Shown piece by piece: positions 39,452-46,903 of a stretch of 64,000 bases of DNA. The DNA lies in the NCBI GenBank assembly GCA_963717185.1, contig CAVQVY010000038.1:24565-88564 (forward strand), in the 5' to 3' direction. Made by a program: the position numbers and the translations under genes. Within the stretch, counting starts at the first letter, position 1, and the number at the start of each line of letters is the position of its first letter. The notes under the pieces are model-generated. The model was not told where the DNA came from. It searched no databases and saw only the letters and a program-made list of their open reading frames with translations. This DNA is from Candidatus Dormiibacterota bacterium. Lineage in GTDB: Bacteria; Chloroflexota; Dormibacteria; Aeolococcales; Aeolococcaceae.

Positions 39452-42400
39452 CTAGAAAACGACACGCACCGCTAACTCGCCTTGCTGTAATGGAAGCGCA
39501 GCGGTGAACGTTCCGAACGTGCCACCGGCGGTCGCCGACCCCGTAGATGCATTGGCCTGCTGTGTGGTACCAACTCCGCCATAGTTATTTGTACCGAGTA
39601 CGTTGAAGAGCTGACCGATGACTTGCAGCTTGAATCTTTCGCCGAGATCGATGTCTTTGCTGACGCGTGCGTCCAGCTGGTTGTAACGGTTGCTCTCAAT
39701 TTGTGACCGCGGGATCGGAGCCAGGCCTTTTGTAGCCCGCCACGCGTTGACGATTGCCAAAGTCTGGCCGATGTCGCGGGAGTTCTTACCCGTTCCCGGC
39801 ACGTAGTCGGTAATCGCTCCATCGTTGTTGAGGTCACCTCCAGCAAGCGCGCTGAAGGGCAATGAACTTCGCAAAGTCCAAATTGCCCCGACCGTGATCC
39901 GGTAACGCAGCAGCACCGAGCCGCTAACCACCAGGTTGTGACGACGGTCGGTGACAGCAAGTCCGTCATCTAACGAGGGATGGTAGAAGTCGGTGATGGC
40001 AGTGGTGCTGTTGTAGTTGTCAGTTTGTTTGGCCAGGGTGTACGAAACGACGTACTGGTAGCGTTTCGAGAAGCGTTTATCGAGACGAACGAAAAGTCCG
40101 CTGTAGTTGTAGTTTCCTATGGGCGCCGATTCATTGATTTGGCCGTAGGCCGGTAGAGGTCGTAGGCCGGTAAGCGGATTGGGCGTGTTGACGTTTTCGC
40201 TTACGACCAAGCCCTTCATATGCGTGAACAGGCCTTCTACGCTGAGTGCAAAGTCGGACTTGAACTGCCGCGCCACGCCGAGGTTGTAGGTAAAAACCTG
40301 TGGGTTATAAACGTTGTTAGCGTTGGTGCTGGTGTTGAGGGCTGATTGCGGATGAGCGGCGAGATATTGTTGGTAGGTTAGTCCATTATATGGATCTGGC
40401 CACGGGATAGGATTAGCGGTGGTACCTGTGATTGTGATCTGGGTTTGGCGGAGTGTTGTGATTTCGCCTTCGAATGCATTGTCTTGAAGATTTACATTAA
40501 CAATCCCAAATCCGCCCCGCACCACGGTGCGGCCGTCCTTCAAAGGGTCCCAAGCGAAGCCCATCCGCGGTGCAAGGTTATCGTAATCTCCGTGCCCCCC
40601 GAACTTAACGTAGGGCAGAGGCACTGGGTACAGCGACGCGCTCAGGTGATTCCGCCATACACCTGTTTGCAAATCGTAGCGGACGCCGAGATTGAGGGTC
40701 AGATTGGGCCGAACCTTCCACTCATCCTCGAAATAGAATCCCTGCATCAAGTTTTCGTCTTGCCAGTTGAGTTGTGGGAAGTTCGTGGTGAATTTAATTG
40801 GGGTGGCGCTGGCCACAGTCGTCCAGTTGAAGTTCGGATTTTGAGGATCAAAGGTTGGACTCGCCGCCGTTGGCTGGTAATCCTTCGCGAACGTCCATAC
40901 GCCTAGGGGAGTCGCCGGAGCATCGAGCTTTCTCGGAGTTCTCAGTTCATCCACACCGAATCTGAAGGTGTGCTGGGAGGCGGTCCTCGTCACATCGTCA
41001 CGGACCTCCTGATAGAACGGGTGAAACTCGGTGCTTTGATAGAATCCCCAAGTCAGATCCGGGAAATTGATCTGAATGCTGCCGTTGGCATATTGTGCGG
41101 GCGTGTTGAAATGGGGAGCCGTGCTGAGCTGCCAGGATTGAGCGACCTGCGCGGCGAACTGATTTACAGTCTTATCCGAAATCAACCAGCTATCGACCAG
41201 GGCGTATGTCCAGGACCTGACGCTTGAATCTCCGCTGCCGCTGAAAGCCGCAGCGTCTCCCCCATTGGCATTCTGAGCGTAGTTGGTGGCTGGGTTCTGT
41301 TCGGAAAATCGGAGAAAAGCACTGTTTTTGGGGCTGAATTGATAGTCGAGCCTTCCGAAATATTCTCGGAACAGAGCTCCGCCCCGGAAGCTGCCTTCGA
41401 GCGGCGCAAAGGCCGCAGTCACAGCGGGGCTTTTGCCGCCTCCCGGGGACACCGTGAAGTATTCCTGGTCATTTAGCTCTTCAAACGAAAACAGGAAATA
41501 AAGCCTGTCGTTCTGGATCGGGCCACCGATTTCGACACCATATTGGTTACGGCTGAAGGGTTGGATAGGGAATGCGGTTGGGTTGGAGTTATACTGCGCT
41601 TGAGTAATCGTATCCACTCGGTTGATGTAGTGGTCGCGGAAGTACTCGAAGGCCTCCCCATGTAGCTGGTTCGTACCGCCTTTCGAGGCCACCGTAACAA
41701 CGCCGGCCGCCCTTCCGCCATACTCAGCAGGGGCCTGGCCAAGAATCACCTTAAATTCCTGGACCACGGCCTCTTGCACCAGGTCGCGCGGGTCGCCATT
41801 CCCCGAGATAACGTTGCTCAGGCCATCCAGCAAATAGTTACTTCCAGCTGCATTGACTGCGCCAGCGCCAATGCTCGCCAGGGGTCTTGATACTCGTCCG
41901 ACATCGGGCGTTGTGCCTGGCTCCAAGAGGGCGAGCATCGCGACCTGGCGCTGCGTAATTGGTAAGGAATCGATCTGCTGCCGCTCCACCACCTCAGATG
42001 CCACCTCGCTGCTAGCGATCTCTACGACCGGGGCCTCGGATCGAACGGTAACCGTCTGTTCCACGCTACTAAGCTTGAGCGTGAGGTTCTGCGGAACCTC
42101 AAGGCCGATTGTGAGAACAAGGTCCTGTATCTCAACGGCTGCAAAGCCTTGTCGTTCGGCCTTCAAGTCGTAAGTGCCGGGAGGCAGCGGAGCCACGCGA
42201 TACTTTCCATCGTCTCCAGTTAGGCTTGTTCGCGTGAGCCCTGTTTCCGGATTTCTTACCGTCACGGTCACTCCTGGTTCTAGGGCGCCTTGCGCGTCGG
42301 TGATAGTTCCCAAGATGACAGCATCGGTCGACTGCGCCCCGGCCGAAACCACGCGCATAAAAATCCACACCGCTAGCACCGCAAATTGAAAGGCCGAATC

Positions 42401-42508
42401 CTCCAACAAGACGCGCCCGCGCCATGCCGCTTGCTTATAGAAACCGTCAGGCCGGTGCTGATTGAACTTTCCGAGGGTAAGTAGCTGGAAACTCTTGACT
42501 GCTGACAT
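39452..42508 (-). CDS. CarboxypepD_reg/TonB-dependent receptor (1018 aa from ATG 42508), Cys-free
   Basis: An AGGAGA RBS lies 8 nt before the ATG at 42508. The track start at 42679 lies inside an intrinsic terminator, so I reject it. GTITDAQGALEPGVTVTVRNPETGLTRTSLTGDDGKYRVAPLPPGTYDL is followed by plug and barrel. The C-terminus ends in ELAVRVVF. I found no Cys in the whole ORF. Confidence 0.85.
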   Translation of the reverse strand: MSAVKSFQLLTLGKFNQHRPDGFYKQAAWRGRVLLEDSAFQFAVLAVWIFMRVVSAGAQSTDAVILGTITDAQGALEPGVTVTVRNPETGLTRTSLTGDDGKYRVAPLPPGTYDLKAERQGFAAVEIQDLVLTIGLEVPQNLTLKLSSVEQTVTVRSEAPVVEIASSEVASEVVERQQIDSLPITQRQVAMLALLEPGTTPDVGRVSRPLASIGAGAVNAAGSNYLLDGLSNVISGNGDPRDLVQEAVVQEFKVILGQAPAEYGGRAAGVVTVASKGGTNQLHGEAFEYFRDHYINRVDTITQAQYNSNPTAFPIQPFSRNQYGVEIGGPIQNDRLYFLFSFEELNDQEYFTVSPGGGKSPAVTAAFAPLEGSFRGGALFREYFGRLDYQFSPKNSAFLRFSEQNPATNYAQNANGGDAAAFSGSGDSSVRSWTYALVDSWLISDKTVNQFAAQVAQSWQLSTAPHFNTPAQYANGSIQINFPDLTWGFYQSTEFHPFYQEVRDDVTRTASQHTFRFGVDELRTPRKLDAPATPLGVWTFAKDYQPTAASPTFDPQNPNFNWTTVASATPIKFTTNFPQLNWQDENLMQGFYFEDEWKVRPNLTLNLGVRYDLQTGVWRNHLSASLYPVPLPYVKFGGHGDYDNLAPRMGFAWDPLKDGRTVVRGGFGIVNVNLQDNAFEGEITTLRQTQITITGTTANPIPWPDPYNGLTYQQYLAAHPQSALNTSTNANNVYNPQVFTYNLGVARQFKSDFALSVEGLFTHMKGLVVSENVNTPNPLTGLRPLPAYGQINESAPIGNYNYSGLFVRLDKRFSKRYQYVVSYTLAKQTDNYNSTTAITDFYHPSLDDGLAVTDRRHNLVVSGSVLLRYRITVGAIWTLRSSLPFSALAGGDLNNDGAITDYVPGTGKNSRDIGQTLAIVNAWRATKGLAPIPRSQIESNRYNQLDARVSKDIDLGERFKLQVIGQLFNVLGTNNYGGVGTTQQANASTGSATAGGTFGTFTAALPLQQGELAVRVVF

Positions 42509-42663
42509 GAACTGATCTCCTGGCTTGAGCTGATCGGTTACCTCCAGGAGACTGGTGGGATGGCCGGAGTCGATTTTGCCTCCCCGGTCGGGGTCGGCTA
42601 GGGTGATGTCTCTGCGCTTTGTCGCCCGGCGGGTAGATAGCTCTGTGGGATTCTTGCGTCGGA

Positions 42664-42701
42664 AAAACAAAAAACCCACCTGCCGAGTGTTTGGCGGTGG
42701 G
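42664..42701 (-). terminator. Rho-independent terminator (CCCACCGCC-N8-GGCAGGTGGG then TTTTTTGTTTTT) downstream of micro-ORF P2 and upstream of the TonB receptor
   Basis: Read directly on the minus strand. The stem is 6+3 bp with one bulge, followed by an 11/12 T run. Confidence 0.7.
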
Positions 42702-42731
42702 TCCCTGGGCTACAGATCTTAAATCTAGCTG

Positions 42732-42818
42732 TTAAATTCTGCCCGCCTCAGAGAAGCCACACGCGCCGCATGTACAGCGGTTACAGGCTAGCGCGCGTCT
42801 CCGTGCGGCAAAAATCAT
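42732..42818 (-). CDS. Candidate leaderless Cys-rich micro-ORF P2 (28 aa): MIFAARRRALACNRCTCGACGFSEAGRI
   Basis: My own translation. It has 4 Cys in the pattern C-x2-C-x-C-x2-C. The ATG lies 7 nt after the -10 hexamer. The stop is 30 nt before the terminator stem. Confidence 0.45.
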   Translation of the reverse strand: MIFAARRRALACNRCTCGACGFSEAGRI

Positions 42819-42825
42819 GGAAGAG

Positions 42826-42854
42826 TTTATAGATGGACCGCGGTTGATTGTCAA
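42826..42854 (-). promoter_or_regulatory. Near-consensus sigma70 promoter TTGACA-17 nt-TATAAA (unit P2)
   Basis: Minus strand: TTGACA at 42854-42849 and TATAAA at 42831-42826. An A-rich tract (AATTTGAAAAAGG) lies upstream. Confidence 0.6.
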
Positions 42855-43026
42855 GCGCCTTTTTCAAATTCCAGTAAGGCGTACGTTGTCGCTCTGCTTC
42901 GAGCGTGCACGCAACAGCAGCTAAGCAACCTGAAGTGAATCAGCTTATGCTTCGCGCCACAAGTCGCCGGAGTCTACAAGCGGGCTTTGTCATCAACAAT
43001 CGGGAGACAAACTGAGACAAAACCTA

Positions 43027-43055
43027 TTGACTCGGAGATGGTCGTCTTGTATGGT
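43027..43055 (+). promoter_or_regulatory. Sigma70-type promoter TTGACT-17 nt-TATGGT (unit P3), divergent from P2
   Basis: Read directly. An A-rich tract lies upstream (GAGACAAACTGAGACAAAACC). An ATG follows 8 nt after the -10 element. Confidence 0.55.
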
Positions 43056-43063
43056 CGAATTCC

Positions 43064-43168
43064 ATGCGAGTCGGACTCCAAAGGATTTTACCGGGTGAGC
43101 AGTGTTGTCGCATCCCCTCGTGCGCACCGTGTTCCCTGGTTGTGGGGAGGCTAGTCCGAACGTTCTAA
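43064..43168 (+). CDS. Candidate leaderless Cys-rich micro-ORF P3 (34 aa): MRVGLQRILPGEQCCRIPSCAPCSLVVGRLVRTF (or a non-coding leader/sRNA)
   Basis: My own translation. It has 4 Cys including a tandem TGT TGT. The stop is 30 nt before the terminator stem, the same spacing as in P2. Confidence 0.4.
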   Translation: MRVGLQRILPGEQCCRIPSCAPCSLVVGRLVRTF

Positions 43169-43198
43169 GAACTTTCTTCTAGTCCAAAGGTCTCTTAG

Positions 43199-43239
43199 CC
43201 CACCGCCATAGGTTCATTGGCCGGTGGGTTTTTTCTTTT
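43199..43239 (+). terminator. Rho-independent terminator (CCCACCG-C-CCA loop TGG-C-CGGTGGG then TTTTTTCTTTT) between micro-ORF P3 and yezD
   Basis: Read directly. The 5' arm CCCACCGCC is identical to that of the P2 terminator. Confidence 0.75.
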
Positions 43240-43270
43240 ATGGCCTTGTTTTGTTTCCTTGAGGATTGGG

Positions 43271-43507
43271 ATGACGACGACCAAGTTGAATCCGAAAGTG
43301 GAGGAGCAAACAGCGCGGAACGACAAACTTCCGCCAGACGCAATTGAGTCTTTGCTCCAGAGTGACCAAGGACTTCTGTGGGAAGTGGTTCGGGCACTCA
43401 AAACGATTCAGTATGGCTCAATCGTGTTGACAATTCACAATGGCCAACTGGTCGAGGTTAGTAAAAACATCAGAATTCGCAGAAGTGAACCGAACAATGG
43501 GAAATAA
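43271..43507 (+). CDS. YezD/DUF2292-family small protein
   Basis: A GAGGA RBS precedes the ATG at 43271. ALKTIQYGSIVLTIHNGQLVEVSKNIRIR matches the YGSV.I.I.DG.VVQIE..EK.R signature of DUF2292. Confidence 0.7.
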   Translation: MTTTKLNPKVEEQTARNDKLPPDAIESLLQSDQGLLWEVVRALKTIQYGSIVLTIHNGQLVEVSKNIRIRRSEPNNGK

Positions 43508-43712
43508 TTCCATAGGGTGCTTTACCGTAGGTGGCGGATCTCTAGCAAAAACGGATTGCTTGACAGTACTTTATTCGCGCTCCGCCTTTCCATTTGTGAT
43601 CCCTTCTACTCGGTCGTGTTGTTGTCCCCCACAGCAATAGTGCTGGAGAGCGGGACGCGGGCGTGAGCAGACGACTGTAGCCGCAGGTTCTTCGAAATGT
43701 AACTTCCGCGAA

Positions 43713-43750
43713 GGCCCGTTTCCAGCATCTGGGAGCGGGCCTTTTGTTTT
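43713..43750 (+). terminator. Rho-independent terminator (GGCCCG...CGGGCC then TTTTGTTTT) between yezD and the first membrane paralogue
   Basis: Read directly. The extended imperfect stem is GGCCCGTTTCCAG/CTGGGAGCGGGCC. It lies 38 nt before the ATG at 43789. Confidence 0.65.
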
Positions 43751-43788
43751 GAGTCCATACCTACAGACTTTGGATTTCGGGCGGAACA

Positions 43789-44280
43789 ATGAACCTCATG
43801 CACTTGTGCCAATGGCTTAGCGAGACACCATTCGGAACTTCCATCCGGGAATCGCCATTTGCTTTTCCTTTCATCGAATCCGTTCATGTTCTGGGAATAA
43901 CCCTCTTGGTAGGCACCGTCGCGGTTGTAGATCTGCGTCTTCTAGGTGTGGTGATGAAAGACGAGCAGGTGTCAGAGATCGTGAGCCGAGTGTTGCCACT
44001 AACTTGGTGCGGGTTTCTCATTCAGGTTGTCAGCGGCTTGCTTCTGTTCTGGGCCAAGGCGGACGAATATTACCTTAATCCTGTGTTCCGTCTTAAATTG
44101 CTGCTGCTCCTGCTGGCTGGCCTCAACCCGCTAATCTTTCATTCCACTCTGTATCGAAGCGTTTCGGAGTGGAACGACAAGCAGACGACACCCGTTCTTG
44201 CAAAGGTCGCAGGGCTTTTCTCTTTGACGCTCTGGAGCGGCGTCATTGTCGTGGGAAGGGCCATTGCTTATTTCAAATAG
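43789..44280 (+). CDS. Small 4-TM membrane protein, paralogue 1 (possibly DUF6644)
   Basis: 163 aa. The motifs ...W(L)..TP.G..IR.S...(F)P.IE.VH.L...L.G....VDLRL.G and GRAI(A/G)(Y/F) are shared with the next gene. Confidence 0.65.
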   Translation: MNLMHLCQWLSETPFGTSIRESPFAFPFIESVHVLGITLLVGTVAVVDLRLLGVVMKDEQVSEIVSRVLPLTWCGFLIQVVSGLLLFWAKADEYYLNPVFRLKLLLLLLAGLNPLIFHSTLYRSVSEWNDKQTTPVLAKVAGLFSLTLWSGVIVVGRAIAYFK

Positions 44281-44316
44281 CTTGCCAGAGATTCTCTGCG
44301 AACAAGGCGCTTGCCG

Positions 44317-44793
44317 ATGAGTGTTATCAATTTATTTCAATGGCTCGGGCACACACCAATGGGACTGGCGATAAGGCATTTCACCTGGGGTGTCGCGATT
44401 GTGGAGATGATACACCTTCTGGCCCTCGCGGCATTGGGTGGATCAATCCTGATTGTCGATCTTCGCCTCTGGGGGATTGGACTGAGGCGTCAATCGCCTT
44501 CTCATCTGGCGAAGGAGCTGGCTCCCATCTTTCTGGGAAGCCTCATCGTGATCTTAATTTCGGGTGTGCTGATTCTCTCTGCGGAACCGATGAAGTGCTA
44601 TTACAGCGACGCTTTTCGGCTCAAGATGCTTTTGCTTTTGTTGGCTATCTCGTTCCATTTCACTCTCCACAGCAAGGCGGTGAAGTCGGCGTCGGGACAG
44701 ATTCACAGCATCTGGTCGCGATCGGCGGCGGCTTTGTCCCTGGCGTTGTGGCTGGCAGTGGGTCTCGCGGGCAGGGCGATCGGTTTTCTGTGA
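44317..44793 (+). CDS. Small 4-TM membrane protein, paralogue 2
   Basis: About 158 aa. The regions FQWLGHTPMGLAIRHF...IVEMIHLLALAALGGSILIVDLRLWG...GRAIGFL parallel the preceding gene. Confidence 0.65.
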   Translation: MSVINLFQWLGHTPMGLAIRHFTWGVAIVEMIHLLALAALGGSILIVDLRLWGIGLRRQSPSHLAKELAPIFLGSLIVILISGVLILSAEPMKCYYSDAFRLKMLLLLLAISFHFTLHSKAVKSASGQIHSIWSRSAAALSLALWLAVGLAGRAIGFL

Positions 44794-44854
44794 GAGCAAG
44801 TGGTAACCGATGTGAATCCTTTGAACTGCTGATCGATGAAGGGAGTTGCAACCT

Positions 44855-46035
44855 ATGGGAATGAGATTTTATTTTCGGTGGGCGACGATTCTTCTTACCT
44901 TGCTGGGCCTCTCAGGTTCGGTTCCTGCGCAGTCGGTGGCGGGTCTTTGGGAGGGCCATGTAAACATCGACGGATTGAGTATTCCATTTCAGCTCGAGAT
45001 TTCAGGGAACGGATCTGCCGTGAAAGGCGCATTCCTTAATGGAGACGAGAAAGTCACCTCCACTGGCGGCCGCTTTGAAAACGGTGCTGTGATTCTAGAT
45101 TTTGACGAGTACGCCGAAACCCTGCAAGCGACTCTGGAAAACGGCCAATTGACAGGCATGATCGAGGGTCGATTTGGCCCGGGGTCGCGCAAAGCGCTAC
45201 CGTTTGAGGCGAAACCTTTTGTTCACGCTCCGGAATCGGTGTCGAAAACGATCCCCTCGATTGACGGTATCTGGGAGATTGAGAACCACAGCCCCAAAGG
45301 CGAATCGGCATGGCGCTTCATTGTCCGCCAGGCCGGTGGCGATGTTTCTGCGGCAATTTTGCGGGTAGATGGCGACACGGGTACTCTGACCGGCCACTAC
45401 CACGACGGCAAATTCGCGCTGAGCCATTTCTCGGGCGAGCGCCCCTACTTGGTCGACGTAACTCCGCAAAGCGAAGGAACGATCCTGCTGACGCTTAGCG
45501 ATCGTTCCGGTAAGAAAGATCTGACCGCCTACCGCCCCGCCGCAGCGCGAGCCAAAGGACTGCCTGAACCAACCGACCCAAACCAGCACACGAAGGTTAA
45601 AGATCAAGCTCAGCCCTTCGAGTTCAAGTTTCGCGATGTCGACGGACACGTGGTTTCCAATACGGATTCCCGTTTCCGTGGAAAGGTGGTGCTGGTCAAC
45701 GTCACAGGTAGTTGGTGCCCCAATTGCCACGACGAAGCTCCATTTCTCGCGGGGCTTTATCGCAAATACCGCAATGCAGGACTGGAAATCGTGGCGCTCG
45801 ATTTTGAAGAGCCCGAGCAGCTTGAGGATCTGACGAGATTGCGGGCTTTCGTCGCGCACTATGGAATCGAATACACCGTGCTAGTGGGCGGAACCCCTGA
45901 GCAGGTCAACCAAAAGATTCCGCAACTGGCGAATCTGAACGCCTGGCCCACGACCGTCCTGGTGGGGCGGGATGGGCTCGTCAAAGGAGTTCACGTCGGA
46001 TTCGCTAGTGCCGCCAGCGGTGAGTTTAACAAAGT
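44855..46035 (+). CDS. TlpA-like thiol:disulfide oxidoreductase with large N-terminal domain; 3' end cut off at the compositional junction
   Basis: A signal-like N-terminus is followed by GKVVLVNVTGSWCPNCHDEAPFLAGLYRKYRNAGLEIVALDFEE...AWPTTVLVGRDGLV, a thioredoxin fold with CxxC. After ...ASGEFN (about 46035) the same reading frame runs into unrelated high-GC sequence. Confidence 0.7.
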
Positions 46036-46129
46036 ACGACGAAGCAGCCCGCACCCTGCCCCAACCGGAGACGCAGACCCAGGAGCGTCCGCCGTCGATC
46101 GCGGTCACGACGAACCAGCGGACGCCGGC

Positions 46130-46384
46130 GATGATCCCTTCCGGGTCACCCGGCTCATTGCCAAGCAGGGCACGGTGGGCTTCGCTTGGCGCGTGTACAG
46201 CCTCGGGCGACGCTTCGCCCACCGCGAGGTCACCATCGTGGCCGAGGACGACGTGGTGCGCTTCTATCTCGGCGATGTCCTGGTCCGAACCCACCCACGC
46301 GGCGAGCACGGAAGCTACGTCAAAGCGACCATACGAACGGAGGTGATCCGCCGAAAAACCCTGCCTCGAACAGCTGTCAATTGA
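46130..46384 (+). mobile_element. Transposase/integrase (rve-type) C-terminal fragment
   Basis: FRVTRLIAKQGTVGFAWRVYSLGRRFAHREVTIVAEDDVVRFYLGDVLVRTHPR resembles the beta-barrel C-terminal domain of IS481/IS21/IS3-type DDE transposases. No catalytic core is present. Confidence 0.45.
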
Positions 46385-46683
46385 GGGCTGTGTCAAATCT
46401 GACCCGGTACTACTTCGTCAAGCGGGTGCCGGAATCAAACACGGCCGCCACCCCATGAGCCGGCGTTATTGCGTCGGTCTCGCACCCTGTGCGCGCCGAG
46501 CCTCCCGGAGGGACCGCGAACGGTCAGCCTGACCGTGGCTTACCGCCCGACGTCGCCAGTTGCCGCCGTCGTGTCGATTTCACCGCCTGGGACGGGTTCT
46601 CGAGGGGTAAGAAAACACCAAGCTCCCCGCGAGTCGATGTAACGCGCCTCGCGAAACCCGTGTGACTTCACCCAGCGGAGGAG

Positions 46684-46903
46684 ATGGACATGCTTAGTCT
46701 GAATCGTGAGAGCCCGCCGCGGGCGCTGCTTACTGTCCGCGAGGTGGCGTCGATGCTGGGCTGCGGACGAACGCTGGTCTACGACTTTATCGGCGCTCGG
46801 GAGCTTCCGGTGGTGAAAGATGAGACACTGAACTCGCGTACCAATCGACGCCGTCGACCAGTTCATACGAGGTCACCTCAGGGAGACGGAGTGTCCGCCA
46901 TGA
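46684..46903 (+). pseudogene. xis: Excisionase/MerR-like HTH DNA-binding protein (Xis), one frameshift
   Basis: After a GGAGG RBS the ORF reads LLTVREVASMLGCGRTLVYDFIGARELPVVK. The expected continuation TRVPIDAVDQFIRGHLRETECPP with its stop is in another frame. The indel lies at about 46815-46840. Confidence 0.55.

Noticed and set aside
42700-43060. Cobalamin riboswitch or tmRNA in the long region upstream of the TonB-dependent receptor
   Set aside because: I could not find a B12-box-like element, a tmRNA tag ORF ending in ..AA-stop, or a tRNA-like 3' end. The region is better explained by the two divergent promoter and micro-ORF units.
43179-43401. Minus-strand ORFs 43179..43397 and 43195..43401
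   Set aside because: They run antisense through the P3 terminator and the well-supported yezD gene, with no supporting signals.
44846-46384. A single 512-aa 'redoxin-transposase fusion' protein
   Set aside because: Composition and homology change abruptly at about 46035. The frame continuity across the junction looks accidental, so I treat it as a truncated TlpA-like gene plus a transposase fragment.
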